Shown: positions 1 to 10,788 of the stretch, in pieces
Layout of the letters: each line of letters opens with the position of its first letter
Position numbering within the stretch: the first letter of the stretch is position 1
Source: an uncultured delta proteobacterium
Lineage (GTDB): Bacteria; Myxococcota_A; Polyangia; Polyangiales; Polyangiaceae
Length of the DNA stretch: 64,000 bases
Direction: 5' to 3'
NCBI GenBank assembly: GCA_963841435.1
Contig: CAWJCS010000005.1
Location: 1,782,844 to 1,846,843 of the forward strand
The notes under the pieces: generated by a model
Told to the model about the DNA's origin: nothing
The model's input: only the letters and a program-made list of their open reading frames with translations
The model's database searches: none
Translations under genes and position numbers: made by a program

Positions 1-1115
1 ACGAGGTCCTTCACGGCGGCGTAGTCGCCGCCGAGCATCACGGCGAGCGTGTTGCGCCAGTGCTTCTCGATCTCGATGCGACCGATGGGGACGTCGTTGC
101 CCTGCAGGTTTGCAATCAAATTGTTCGACTCGACGTCGAAGCGTTTCACCCGGCGCCACGTCTCGAGCACGAAGTCGAGCTCCACGTCGAATAGCTCGCG
201 CTCGCCCTCGAGGTGCCGGTAGCGCGCACCGGCGCGGGCCGTGAGCGGCAGCGGGAAGGTGATGCTCACGTCGTCGGCCGGAATCCCGTCACGCTTGAGC
301 GTGATATCGCCCGCAACGTCGGGGTCCACGGCGGTCGTCGTCAGCTTGCTCTTGGTTTTCACGTCCGCCGGGATGATCTGCCCCGACAGCGCGAGCTCGA
401 GGAACGGCGCCGGTCGATACCAGGTGCCGAGCACGGCGTTCGGCGTGAAAAGGTCCGAGCCGTCCGTCGTGGCATGGATGTCGAGCTCGCTCGAAACCGG
501 GTAAGCATTGCCGCCGATCGATGAGCCCTGGATGACGAGGTCGTAGCGGAGCTTCGGCACGGCGACCCAGACGAGGCTCACTCCGGCGCCGAACACCTCG
601 CGATAGTGATAGGCGGCCGTTGCCGCGTAGTTCACGATCAGCGCCTCGCGGCTCAGCATCATGTAGCGCTGGCCGCCGGTGATCGGAAACTCCTCGCGGC
701 TCGCTCCGGTGACGGCGACCGCCGCGAGCGCAAAGCGAAAGTCCGGGAGGCCGAAGTCGGTCGCCACGCCGAGCAGCGGATCGAGAACCTGCCAGGGCTT
801 CTCGTTGTCCACCGTCGCAAACTCCACGTACGGCGGCACGGCATCGCTCGAGCCCCAGTCGAGCGTCGGCGCGCGCTTGTACGAGAGCGCATTGTACGAA
901 AAGCGGTTCCCGAGCTGCAGCAGGGTTCCATGCCCGTGGGCGAGACCCGCGGGATTGATGATGACGGCGCTGATATCGTCCGCCTTGGCGACGAACGCCC
1001 CGCCGCGCCCCGAAGCCTGGGCGCCGTTCGGCCCGTAGAAGTAGCCGCCCGCGAGCGCCGGGGTGGCCAAGCCCACGAGCGTGCCGAAGACCGACAGGGC
1101 AAAGAGTGACCTCAT
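1..1115 (-). CDS. FadL/TodX-family outer-membrane hydrophobic-compound transporter (3' end outside window)
   Basis: Manual translation from ATG at 1115: MRSLFALSVFGTLVGLATPALAGGYFYGPNGAQASGRGGAFVAKADDISAVIINPAGL; signal peptide plus GRGGA..A.ADD.SA...NPAGL FadL motif; ATGA overlap with upstream gene. Confidence 0.8.
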   Translation of the reverse strand, partial: MRSLFALSVFGTLVGLATPALAGGYFYGPNGAQASGRGGAFVAKADDISAVIINPAGLAHGHGTLLQLGNRFSYNALSYKRAPTLDWGSSDAVPPYVEFATVDNEKPWQVLDPLLGVATDFGLPDFRFALAAVAVTGASREEFPITGGQRYMMLSREALIVNYAATAAYHYREVFGAGVSLVWVAVPKLRYDLVIQGSSIGGNAYPVSSELDIHATTDGSDLFTPNAVLGTWYRPAPFLELALSGQIIPADVKTKSKLTTTAVDPDVAGDITLKRDGIPADDVSITFPLPLTARAGARYRHLEGERELFDVELDFVLETWRRVKRFDVESNNLIANLQGNDVPIGRIEIEKHWRNTLAVMLGGDYAAVKDL

Positions 1116-2506
1116 GGCTCGCTCTTCGGCACTCGGCTCGCGCTCGAGTACAGGGAATTCGACTTCGTGAGCGTGTGGTAACCGAACGACCAATCGCTCG
1201 GCGCTTCGACTCGCCACAGCGACTCGTCGTCCTCGTTGACGAGCTCGAGGCGACCGGCAGAGCCCCAGCTCACGAACCAATCGCGATTCGGCAGGCGTGT
1301 CGGCTCACCGAACGCGTCGACATGGACGCTCGGGTCAGGCAGTAGCACACGCGTTTCTGCGACGGTCATCGCCGTGAGGTCGAGCTGGTACTCCACGACG
1401 CGCGACTCGTCCGCGTTGGCGTCGTTGTCCATCACGAGCAGGCGATCGCCGTAGGCCGCGAACTGGTGCTGATGCAGGAAAGGGGTCGAGCCGTCCGCGA
1501 AGTCGAGCGTGCCGCCCGTCGCGCCGACCACCCAGTCGCAGCTCCCCGTTTGGCGATCGACGCGCGCGATGCTGCTCAGGTTTTCGAGGCTCACGTAGTA
1601 AACGTCCTCGTCGGCGGTCTCCGAATAATCGAGCGCGTTCGCAAACGTCCAGACCGCGCCCGTGCTGTCGCCGACGTCGACCGCAGGATCGAAACAGTCT
1701 GCCGTCGTGAAGACCGTCGAATTGTCGCCGCCGGGAGCAATCTCGACGATGCGGTCGCCCCGCGGATCGCTGCCAGAGGGCTCCTCCATCGCGATCGCGG
1801 CGATGGTCCCGTCAGCGCGCTCCACGAAATCTCCCGCGAGGTACGGCACCGAAAACGACTCCTTCTCCTCACCGTCCAGCCCCACGCGCACGATCTCGGA
1901 GTCGGGCGTCGAGTCCTCACCGAGCAGGCTGGCGTCGTAGAGCACGCTGGTGCCGTCGACGGAGAGCACGGCTCGGTGGATTTCGAGTCCCCGGTCGTCT
2001 TCGTGGTACCAGACGATCTGCCCGTCCGTGTCGATGATCGCGACGGTAGGCGCGCCGCCCTGAAGCGGCACGACGACGTAGCGCTCGAGCCCGCCGCCCT
2101 CGAGCGAGAGCGCGGGCAGCTTCGACGGTAGCGAGCCGGTGCGAAACGTCAGGATTTCGCTCGCGCCCGCGTCGTCGCCGTCCCAGGTGACGACGCGGTA
2201 GTAGTACGTCGTATCGGCCTGCAAACCGAGCAACATGTCGGCGTGGGCGACGGCCGGGTCGGTCTCCATGGGTGTCGAGTACGCCATGGAGGGTGTGGGC
2301 CCGTACTCGACGTAAGCCGTACTAGCTTCCGTCGTGCCAAACGTCACGGTCACGAGCGTCGCGATGTCAGGGCTCTTTTCGACGGATACGCCCGTCGGAC
2401 GGCGCGCGGCGAGCTCGTCGCCACACGCGCTCACCGCGAGCGCGGCGCCGCAACACGAAATGGCCAGCCGCCGGCCGACGCCGCCGAACGGACCAGTCGC
2501 ACTCAC
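1112..2506 (-). CDS. Arylsulfotransferase (ASST)-like lipoprotein with FN3-like N-terminal domain
   Basis: Lipobox AVSAC; 'LGLQADTTYYYRV'; 'DTDGQIVWY', 'FANALDY', 'FLHQHQF', 'LLVMDND'; probable GTG start overlapping the upstream stop. Confidence 0.65.
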   Translation of the reverse strand: MSATGPFGGVGRRLAISCCGAALAVSACGDELAARRPTGVSVEKSPDIATLVTVTFGTTEASTAYVEYGPTPSMAYSTPMETDPAVAHADMLLGLQADTTYYYRVVTWDGDDAGASEILTFRTGSLPSKLPALSLEGGGLERYVVVPLQGGAPTVAIIDTDGQIVWYHEDDRGLEIHRAVLSVDGTSVLYDASLLGEDSTPDSEIVRVGLDGEEKESFSVPYLAGDFVERADGTIAAIAMEEPSGSDPRGDRIVEIAPGGDNSTVFTTADCFDPAVDVGDSTGAVWTFANALDYSETADEDVYYVSLENLSSIARVDRQTGSCDWVVGATGGTLDFADGSTPFLHQHQFAAYGDRLLVMDNDANADESRVVEYQLDLTAMTVAETRVLLPDPSVHVDAFGEPTRLPNRDWFVSWGSAGRLELVNEDDESLWRVEAPSDWSFGYHTLTKSNSLYSSASRVPKSEP

Positions 2507-3543
2507 GGAGCGCTCGGGTTGAGCTCGGAGAGCACGAGAGGCTGCGGGTTCTGGCAGTTGTTGCAGCGCAGGGCGACCATCCAACTGCCCGTCCCCTGGC
2601 CGTCGAAACCGTCGAACGCGTTGCCGTCGGCATCGCGTGCCGCCTCCAGGTTCATGCTCTTGGTCGCCGCTGGGACGCTCACCTTCCAGAGCGGGTCAGC
2701 ATTGATCTCAACGTCGAAGAAGTCGTCCTGGACCTGGGTGGGCGTCATGTTCGGGTAGAACCCGACCAACAGCTCGTTGATGAGATTGAACGCAGTGGGG
2801 TTCCCCAGCGAGTCCACCTTGACGTCGCCCCAGCTCGCGACCCACGGGCCGTTCATGGGAGCGTCAACGGGCGTTCCGAGCGAAGCCTCGAAATCGAGCA
2901 GGCCGCAGCCGGTCTCGACGTCCACCTGATCGACGACCGAGCTGTCCGACGGCTTGAGGAAGGCCATGGTGCTCGTGCCGATGCCCGGGCTCTTCGTGGT
3001 ACCGGCCGCGACCAGATAAATCAGATTGCTGTCCGTCGTGAAGTCGGACTCGAGATCGATTGGCGTGCCACCGAGACTTTTGAAGGCGTCGAGCGAAACG
3101 CACGGCGACGACTGATCCGTCTCGTACGTCCACACGGCGTCGAAGTCGCTCTGGCTCAGCGTACCCTTGGTGAGGACCTGGGCCGCCTCCTCTTCGGTCA
3201 CGTCCTTGAAGCGAAGCAGCGTGAGGAGCTTGATGCCGCTCACGTCAACCGCGTGGCACTGAATGTCGTCCATGATGCTGTCGAGGCAGACTTCGACATT
3301 CGTACCCGCAACCGTGGGGTGACTGACGGGTGTCAGCACGCTCTTCACGGTCGTGTAGTTGTTCGCTTGCGACAGCACGATGGTCGCCTGCGTCGAAGGA
3401 CCTGGATTGGGTCCACTGTCGTCATCGCCACCACCACAGCCCAGCGCGAGGCAAGCTGCGTAGGCCGCGGAAACTAAAAGAGAAATGCGCGGGCCCTTCG
3501 AAGCGCGCGCGAGGGAATGAACGTGTGACGAACGGCTCGACAT
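2503..3543 (-). CDS. Hypothetical lipoprotein
   Basis: Lipobox LALGC followed by GGGDDD linker; coupled to downstream gene. Confidence 0.7.
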   Translation of the reverse strand: MSSRSSHVHSLARASKGPRISLLVSAAYAACLALGCGGGDDDSGPNPGPSTQATIVLSQANNYTTVKSVLTPVSHPTVAGTNVEVCLDSIMDDIQCHAVDVSGIKLLTLLRFKDVTEEEAAQVLTKGTLSQSDFDAVWTYETDQSSPCVSLDAFKSLGGTPIDLESDFTTDSNLIYLVAAGTTKSPGIGTSTMAFLKPSDSSVVDQVDVETGCGLLDFEASLGTPVDAPMNGPWVASWGDVKVDSLGNPTAFNLINELLVGFYPNMTPTQVQDDFFDVEINADPLWKVSVPAATKSMNLEAARDADGNAFDGFDGQGTGSWMVALRCNNCQNPQPLVLSELNPSAP

Positions 3544-3892
3544 GGTCGCGGAAGTAGAGCCCAAAGCGCGACGTTGCGCCAGCCGATCCGAGCACATTTT
3601 CGGCTCGAATCATGCGATCAGCGGCTGGGTGCGCGGCCGGTCGGTACACAAATCGAAACAACAATTTGGTCTGAAAAGTGCGCGCAAGACTTTGTCCGGG
3701 CATCTCTGGTTACAGTTCGCTCTGTCCCCATCGCATGGTCGTGCTCTTGAACTTTTCCGTTGGCGTCGCGCTTTCGCGAACGGTTTTGCAGTGAGACTGC
3801 CCGAATACTATGATGGAGCACGCACGGCGGCGCGGTCGCGCGCACCCGCGAGGTGACGCGCGTGACCCACCGTCCCGCCACGGAGATCCCCA

Positions 3893-4949
3893 TTGAGCCT
3901 ACCCGAACTCTACGTGTCGCGACCGGGCATCAGCCACCCTGCAGCACGCGTCGACAACCAGGAAATTCTGCGGCGGGTGCACGAGCGCTACCGAGGCGAC
4001 GAGGCGGACTGGCCGACCGTCGAATCCGCCATCACGCACGTCTTTGGGCTGTGCAACACGAAGGTCCGCTACCTCGAGGATGATCCGAATGCGCGCGTCG
4101 CCGACTACGCCGTGCAGGCAGCGCAGCGTTGCCTCAAGATCAACGGCGTCACGGCGAGCGAGGTCGACATCGTGATCAGCGGCGGCATCGCCCGGCAGTA
4201 CTTCGAGCCCGCCACGGCCATGGAGATCGCCGCGAAGCTCGGCCTGAAGCGCACGCACGCGCTCGAACGTCACGGCCGCCTGCGTCGGCCACCTCGAAGC
4301 CATCCAGGCGGCCGCCGGCTACTTCGCGATCCATGACGACTACCAGACGGCGCTCGTCTGCGCGTCCGAGCTCTTCGGTCACTACCTGAGCTACGACATC
4401 CAGACGGTCAAGGACCTCTACATGAAGTCCGCGGGCCTCACGGTCGGCAACGCCGCGGCCTGCGTCCTGCTCCGACGGGTGCCGTGGCCAGGTGGTGGCA
4501 TTCGCCTGATCAAGATCGACTCGTATACGGCGCCTGATCACTGGCACCTCTGCCAGGTGCCCATCGATCGCACCTTCGAGTCGTCGTCCGTCGAGATGAT
4601 GCGGCTGAGCAAGCTCATCCCGCCGTGGCTCAAAGACCGCCTGGAGACGCTCGGGTGGACCCCGCAAGAGGTCAACCACTACGTCTTCCATCAGCCGAGC
4701 GAAATGATGGTGAGAAAGCTATTGGAAGACGTGGGCGCGGATCCCGAACGGGGCGTCTACACCCACTCGCTCTACGGCAACACGGCGAGCGCCGCCGTGG
4801 GCGTCACGTACCACCGGCTGCTGGAATCGCGGCAGGTGAAAGAGGGCGACAAGCTCGTGCTCGGCAGCGCCGCTGCCGGGTTTTCAATGGTATTTTCGGC
4901 TGGCATTTGGACGGGACCGAGCGTCGGTCCAACGGAGAATTCAGCATGA
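3893..4949 (+). CDS. 3-oxoacyl-ACP synthase III (FabH/OleA-like); apparent +1 frameshift at ~4266
   Basis: ORFs 3893-4336 and 4422-4949 join as ..HALDVTAACVGH.. if one A is removed from TCGAAC (4263-4268); catalytic Cys, HQPS and GNTASA motifs. Confidence 0.8.
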
Positions 4950-6670
4950 GCTCGTGCGCGCTCGTCTCGCCGCCATGGCGGCGCGGGCATCGTTTCACGC
5001 TCCTCGGAGCGCTTTCGGTTTTGGGGGGTCTGGTTTTCGTCGCGAACGATGCGCGCGCGCAAGCCGCGCCGGCGGCCCCTCCCGCGGCGCCCGCTCCAAC
5101 GACCCCGGCGCCGCCCGTGGCGGCCCCGCCAACTGCGGCGCCCGTTGCGCCGGCGGCGCCAGTGCCGAGCCCTTCGACGGAACCTTCGGCAGGAGCTCCC
5201 GCCGAGGGCACCGAGCCTGCGACGACCGAAGCCGAGCCGCCCCCCGCCGAGGCCGAGGCTTCGTCGGGGAGTGAAAGTGCGGCGACGGATACGGGCTCGG
5301 GCCTCTTCGAGAGCAGCTTGTCGGGAAGTGACGACGCCGGCTCTGTAGCTGGAGGCGGCGGTGCAACGGGCATCGACCTCGGGGGCTACGTTCGCGGTGA
5401 CGTGTTCGCAGGGATGGTGCCCGACTCCAAGCGCTACGAGATGAAGGCCGCCTACGGCGAGCTAGCGCTCAAGGTCACCGCCAAAAAGGAGCACCTCGGG
5501 ACCGCGTTCGCCGAGGCGCGCTTCATGTACGGGCGCGTCGGCGACGACGTGGGGCCGACAATAAACCTGCGCGAAGCGTACGTGAGCACGTATCTCGGCC
5601 CGCTCGACCTCCGCCTGGGCCAACAGATCGTCGTGTGGGGTCGCGCCGATGCCTTCAACCCGACGAATAATCTGACGCCCTTTGATCTGCGCGTGCGTTC
5701 TCCCGCCGAGGACGACCGTCAACAGGGTAACGTTGGCGCTCGCGCCTCACTCAACTTGAGCCCCATCCGGATCGAGGGCGTGTGGATGCCGCTCTACCGG
5801 CCGGCGCAGATCCCGTTCATCGTTCCCTGGTACGCGAGGCTGGTGGACGATACTCCAGAGCCCGATCTCGCGCACGGTACGCAGGGCGCGCGGGTGCACT
5901 TGGAGTTGCCGGCCTTCGAGATGTCTGCGTCGTACGTGTACGGCTACGCGCCGCTTCCGGGGTTCACGTACCACCACCTGATTCACGCCAGCGACGAGCC
6001 CAGCGAAACCGCTGCGAGGCCGTGGCAGCTCGAGATCGGGCGAACGCCGTACCAGCATCACGTAGTCGGCTTCGATTTCTCCACGGCCATCGGCGATGTG
6101 CTCGGCTTGCGTGGCGAGGCCGCCTACCGCTTCCCCATGCATTTTCGCACCCGGTACTGGGAGCCGCGCCCGGACCTCCAATACGTGGTTGGGGTCGATC
6201 ACAATTTCGGCTCGGTGAGTGTCATTGCGCAGTACATGGGCCGCGTGGCGTTTCATTGGAGCAAGGTCGAAAAGCCGGAGCTTCCCGCGATTGTTAACGG
6301 CGACCTCGATACGTTCCTGACCAACGAGATCCTGCCGACCTTCGCGGCGGCCGACATCGCGGCGTACGCTCCCGACGACCTCGCGTTCCGAAACCAGATG
6401 CTCTTCGGCCAGCTGCACGAGGTGCAGCACCTTGCCTCGCTGCGCGTCGAGTGGCTCACCCTGCACGACACGCTCTCGCTCTCGGCGCTCGGCATGGTGA
6501 ACTTCACCACGCAGGAGTGGCTCGCGTTTCCGAAGGTGCTCTATCACCTGACCGATGCCCTGAGCACTTCGGTGGGCGCGGAAATCTACGCTGGCCCCAC
6601 GGGCACCCTGTTCGGTCTCATCGACGAGGAGCTCAGCGCCGTCTACGGCGAGCTCCGCGCGAGCTTCTGA
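4946..6670 (+). CDS. Outer-membrane beta-barrel protein (DUF1302-like)
   Basis: Signal peptide, Pro/Ala-rich linker, 'LREAYV..LRLGQQIVVWGRAD', C-terminal Phe. Confidence 0.7.
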   Translation: MSSCALVSPPWRRGHRFTLLGALSVLGGLVFVANDARAQAAPAAPPAAPAPTTPAPPVAAPPTAAPVAPAAPVPSPSTEPSAGAPAEGTEPATTEAEPPPAEAEASSGSESAATDTGSGLFESSLSGSDDAGSVAGGGGATGIDLGGYVRGDVFAGMVPDSKRYEMKAAYGELALKVTAKKEHLGTAFAEARFMYGRVGDDVGPTINLREAYVSTYLGPLDLRLGQQIVVWGRADAFNPTNNLTPFDLRVRSPAEDDRQQGNVGARASLNLSPIRIEGVWMPLYRPAQIPFIVPWYARLVDDTPEPDLAHGTQGARVHLELPAFEMSASYVYGYAPLPGFTYHHLIHASDEPSETAARPWQLEIGRTPYQHHVVGFDFSTAIGDVLGLRGEAAYRFPMHFRTRYWEPRPDLQYVVGVDHNFGSVSVIAQYMGRVAFHWSKVEKPELPAIVNGDLDTFLTNEILPTFAAADIAAYAPDDLAFRNQMLFGQLHEVQHLASLRVEWLTLHDTLSLSALGMVNFTTQEWLAFPKVLYHLTDALSTSVGAEIYAGPTGTLFGLIDEELSAVYGELRASF

Positions 6671-6792
6671 CGGAGGTCCGGCACGTCGCCTTTTTGCCTT
6701 CGAAAATTTTCGTCGCCGGCGAGGAAGATCCTCGACCGAGCCACCGTCTAATCGTATTGGAAATACCCCCGCTAAAGGAGCCCGGACCACCG

Positions 6793-7617
6793 ATGAACCA
6801 GCTCAGAATCCCGCGCAGAACGGCAACTTTGGCCCTCGTTGCAGCCGCTTCGTTCGGCTTGCTCGCCGGGGCACGGGACGCGGAGGCGGGCCCCTCCCCC
6901 CGCGAGATCATGGACAAGGTGGCCCTCACCCGGAAGCTCGCCGGGTCGGAAGCCGTCGTGAAGATGACCATCGTCAACGAGAAGGGCCAGACGCGGGAGC
7001 GCAAGATCTCGCTCGCCACCAAGCTCTTCGACGGCGGCAAGACCGAGAAGCGCGTCTACCAGTTCCTCGCCCCGGCCGACGTGAAGGGCACCGGCGTGCT
7101 CGTCTTCGACTACGACGACAAGTCGGACGACACGTGGATCTTTCTCCCCGCTCTACGCAAGACGCGCCGCATCGTGAGCTCGCAGCGGTCGCAGGCCTTC
7201 ATGGGTAGCGAATTTTCCTTCGGCGACCTCGCCGTGCCGGCGCTCGACGACTTCAACTACAACCTCTTGAAGGAAGAGGCCGCGGGCGGCGAGCCCTGCT
7301 GGGTCATCAACGTCATTCCGAAGAACGACGACGTGAAGAAGAGCGACGGCTACTCCAAGAAGACCTACTGGGTGAGCAAGGACAAGTTCTCCGTCCGCAA
7401 GGGCGTCTACTACGACATGGGCGGCAAGCTCCTGAAGGAGCTTGCGACGAGCGATCTGAAGCTCCTCGACCCGAAGAACAAGCGCTACCGCCCCATGAAG
7501 ATGGAAATGACCAACAAGCAGAACGGTCGCCGCTCCGTCTTCCAGTCCGAGAAAATCAGCTTCGCCCCCGACACGAAGGACGACTACTTCACGACGGCGT
7601 TCCTCGAGCGGACGTAG
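6793..7617 (+). CDS. Outer membrane lipoprotein-sorting (LolA-like) protein
   Basis: 'FLAPADVKGTGVL', 'WIFLPALRKTRRI', 'FMGSEFSFGDL'. Confidence 0.8.
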   Translation: MNQLRIPRRTATLALVAAASFGLLAGARDAEAGPSPREIMDKVALTRKLAGSEAVVKMTIVNEKGQTRERKISLATKLFDGGKTEKRVYQFLAPADVKGTGVLVFDYDDKSDDTWIFLPALRKTRRIVSSQRSQAFMGSEFSFGDLAVPALDDFNYNLLKEEAAGGEPCWVINVIPKNDDVKKSDGYSKKTYWVSKDKFSVRKGVYYDMGGKLLKELATSDLKLLDPKNKRYRPMKMEMTNKQNGRRSVFQSEKISFAPDTKDDYFTTAFLERT

Positions 7618-8630
7618 CGCGACGCGCTGTCCGGCGACTGCTGCGCGAGCGCGCCGCGCTCACGCGCCGGATCCGAGCCGGGCTGCACGGCGAAGCGTTC
7701 AGCCGTCGAAACGCCCCGCAAATCGAGCTGGTGCGCGACGTACGTGAGCTCGCCGCGCTCGACCTGCGCGCGCCGCGTGCGGAGCCAAGCGTCGAGCGTG
7801 GCGCGGTCAACGCCGGGGTCCGCTTCGAGCGCTTCCTCGATCGTCCTCAGAATGTGGAAGAGGAAGAACGCTTCATTCTCCGGATAGCGTCCGTCGCTCG
7901 GGAAGACGACCCAGTCGGAGCTCCCCGCCGCGAGGACCCGCGCGCCTGCCGCGTGAAGCTGGGCGAATAGGTGTCGACCGGCGCGGCTCTCGCCCGCCCT
8001 GTGGCCGAAGCGCACGCGCTCGTCCATCGTCCGGTGGAACGCCGCCATGAGCGCGTCGTCGGCCGGGTGATCGGGCTGGAAGATCGACTCGCCGTCGAAG
8101 TTGATCGTGAACCAGAAGACGCCTCGCGGCGCGAGCCGTGCAAGCAGCGTCGGCAGCACGGCGGGCACGTCGACGAGGTCGAGCACGGCGTTCGCGACGA
8201 GCAGATCCACACCGTGTGCGTCCGCTGGCCGCCCGGCGAAATCCTGGAGCTCCGCCTGCGTGCTCAAGACGTCGATCGTGGTGCCGTCGTCGGCCCGTAT
8301 CCGCGCGGCTGCGCCTTCCACCTCGACCTTGCGCCTCGTCCCAACGGCCCAGCTCTGGAGCCAGCGGTGAAGGTCGCCGAGCAGCCGCGCGTCAACGTCG
8401 AGAGCGACGTATTCACCCGCGCGGAGCACCCTCCAGTCGACGAGCCTGGTCAGCATCGTCCCGACGCCCGCGCCGATCTCGAGCACACGCGCCGTCGGTA
8501 GCGGTGCGAGCGCGCTCCGCACGGTCTCGAGCACGTGGCGGTTCAGCGCGCGATCGTCAACGGAGATCTTGGAGAGCAGGTACCGGGTCTCGCCGTAGGT
8601 CGCAGGGTCCGAGGCGAAATCCGGCAACAT
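7584..8630 (-). CDS. Class I SAM-dependent methyltransferase (true stop probably ~7699)
   Basis: VLEIGAGVG motif I; the C-terminal run into the convergent gene suggests an indel after HQLD. Confidence 0.75.
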   Translation of the reverse strand: MLPDFASDPATYGETRYLLSKISVDDRALNRHVLETVRSALAPLPTARVLEIGAGVGTMLTRLVDWRVLRAGEYVALDVDARLLGDLHRWLQSWAVGTRRKVEVEGAAARIRADDGTTIDVLSTQAELQDFAGRPADAHGVDLLVANAVLDLVDVPAVLPTLLARLAPRGVFWFTINFDGESIFQPDHPADDALMAAFHRTMDERVRFGHRAGESRAGRHLFAQLHAAGARVLAAGSSDWVVFPSDGRYPENEAFFLFHILRTIEEALEADPGVDRATLDAWLRTRRAQVERGELTYVAHQLDLRGVSTAERFAVQPGSDPARERGALAQQSPDSASRYVRSRNAVVK

Positions 8631-8680
8631 CGCTTCGTCTCCGCGCCGTTAGGCGCGCTGGGCTTCGCGCCGCGCGGCGC

Positions 8681-9826
8681 TCAAGCGGACGCCGCCGGTT
8701 GCGCGCCGTTCGTCACTTGCGCGGGCGGCTGCCAGGGCGGGAGGAACGTGTCGTAGAAGAACGCGCAGTCTTTCCGGATCTGGGCTTCGTCGAGGCCGAA
8801 CTTGGCGAGATCGTACTGGTGCTCGGACTCGTACTTGCGCTGCTTTTCGGCGCGCTTCTTCACCGTGGCGCGAAGCTCGGGCGTCATCTCGTGGTTCAGG
8901 AACGTGCACATCTCTTCCATCACGTTCTCGAAATCCATCATCATCCGATCGTAGCGCACGATGAACACGCGCTCGTGATCGATGGCACCGCTCTGCCACT
9001 CCTCGTGGAACCGCTCGAGCAGTGAGACGAGGGCGCGGTACATGCGTTCGAGCCAGCGCTTCCTGATTTCCTCGGGCTGCGACCAGAAGCCGAAGGCCCG
9101 GTCGAGCACGCCCGTGACGAGGCTCATGGCGCTCGGCAGGACCGCGATGGGATCGCGGGCCATGTAGAGGATCTGCGCTTCGGGGAAGCGCTCGAGGAAT
9201 TGTGGCAACCGCACGGCGAGCGAGAAGAGCTTCGCGACGTTACGCTTCGACTCGTGGAGCACGAGGCTTCGGCGCCACAGCTTGTCGAGCCACTCGAAGT
9301 CGCGCTTCGACGTGTCGCGGACGCGCGGGTCGAACTCGAGATACGGGTCGTTCTCCTCGAACGACAAGAAGAAGCCGTAGAGGAAGAAACCGTCGAGGTA
9401 GCGAAAGAGCACGCCCACGTCGTCGGTCTCGACCGAGCTCAGGCTCGTTTCGTGAGCCTTCGTCGAGTGAAACTTCGCGGGGCTCAGCCTCTCGAGCAAC
9501 GGCAGGATGGGCCGCAAGAGCTTCTGGAGAAACAGCGACGGATAGAGCATCAAGAAGAGCTCCATGCCCGAGCCGAAGCCCTCGTCCGAGAGGAACCGCT
9601 GCAAGAACGTCGTGCCGGTGCGCGGATTGCCGACGAGCACGATGGGCCGATTCGCGCGCGTGCGCGCGAGGCGCGGAAAGAACACGTGATCGAGCGTCAT
9701 CGCGACGGCGACGATCGTGCGGAGCAGTCCGAACAAGCACGCCAAGAACAGCGGCACGACGTACACGTGGTGCGGACGCCGGAGCACGCCGTAGATGCGA
9801 CCCATTCGGGAGAGGATGCTGTTCAT
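8681..9826 (-). CDS. PAPS-dependent sulfotransferase
   Basis: 5'-PSB motif 'GNPRTGTTFL', 3'-PB motif 'YMARDP...S', 'VRYDRM'. Confidence 0.85.
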   Translation of the reverse strand: MNSILSRMGRIYGVLRRPHHVYVVPLFLACLFGLLRTIVAVAMTLDHVFFPRLARTRANRPIVLVGNPRTGTTFLQRFLSDEGFGSGMELFLMLYPSLFLQKLLRPILPLLERLSPAKFHSTKAHETSLSSVETDDVGVLFRYLDGFFLYGFFLSFEENDPYLEFDPRVRDTSKRDFEWLDKLWRRSLVLHESKRNVAKLFSLAVRLPQFLERFPEAQILYMARDPIAVLPSAMSLVTGVLDRAFGFWSQPEEIRKRWLERMYRALVSLLERFHEEWQSGAIDHERVFIVRYDRMMMDFENVMEEMCTFLNHEMTPELRATVKKRAEKQRKYESEHQYDLAKFGLDEAQIRKDCAFFYDTFLPPWQPPAQVTNGAQPAASA

Positions 9827-9913
9827 GCCACCTTAGGGCTGGGAGTGATGGGCGACTCGGACGCTAGCATGCCGCTCGCGCCGGAGGGCTCGTGATCGGC
9901 GCGCCTCGACGCG

Positions 9914-10669
9914 TCAGAGACCGCTCGACTTCAAACTTTCGTCCTCGGCGACGCGCGGCAAGTGGATGCCGCACTCGCTGTGCACGCCGAGCCTTCGACC
10001 GGCGCGCGGGTCCTCGCCTTCGAGTGTGGGCGTCGTCGAGTGAATGTCGCCGATCGAGCGATATCCACGGCGGTAGAGAGGATGAAAGGGGAGGTCGTTT
10101 TTCCGCATGTAGTGGTACAGGTCCTCCTCGTTCCAGCCGAGGATCGGGTGCACTTTCACGATGTCGTCTTGCAGCTCGACCTTGCGCAGGCCCGCGCGAA
10201 ATTCGTTCTGATTGCCACGTAGCCCGGCGATCCAAGCGCGGGGCTGAAGCTCGCGGAGCGCGCGATCCATAGGCTCGATCTTGTTGAGCTGCATGTACTT
10301 TTCGAGGTCCTCTTCCCACAGCTTGCCGTAGAGAGCCTCTTGACGAGCGGCCGTCATGCGCGGCGAATAGACGCGAAGGTCGAGGCCGAAGCGCTCCGTG
10401 AGCTGCTCGGCGAAGCGATACGTTTCGGAGAACAGGTAGCCCGTGTCGAGAAACACGACGGGCGCGTGCGGTACGACCTGGCTCGCGAGGTGCAGCATCA
10501 TCGCGGACTCCGCGCCGAAGCTCGAAGTGAGGATCAGTCGATCGCCGAACGTGTCCTTCGCCCAGGCGAGCACGGCCGCCGGCGAGGCTTGCTCGAGCTG
10601 CGCGTTGACGGCATCGAGATCGATGCTGGGAGTCGGGCTCGCTTCGACGAGCTTGAGCGGCTGGGCCAT
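9914..10669 (-). CDS. cysH: PAPS/APS reductase
   Basis: 'SSFG', 'LDTGYLF', 'GYRSIGD', 'ECGIH'. Confidence 0.92.
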   Translation of the reverse strand: MAQPLKLVEASPTPSIDLDAVNAQLEQASPAAVLAWAKDTFGDRLILTSSFGAESAMMLHLASQVVPHAPVVFLDTGYLFSETYRFAEQLTERFGLDLRVYSPRMTAARQEALYGKLWEEDLEKYMQLNKIEPMDRALRELQPRAWIAGLRGNQNEFRAGLRKVELQDDIVKVHPILGWNEEDLYHYMRKNDLPFHPLYRRGYRSIGDIHSTTPTLEGEDPRAGRRLGVHSECGIHLPRVAEDESLKSSGL

Positions 10670-10788
10670 GGCGACAAACGTGCGCCTCTATGCCTAGATG
10701 TCAACTAGGCTGATTCTTGAACTGCCAAATCCTCGGTAAAGATGCCCGAGAATTCTTGACTGTTTTTGTGCAACTCAAGACGCCTCGT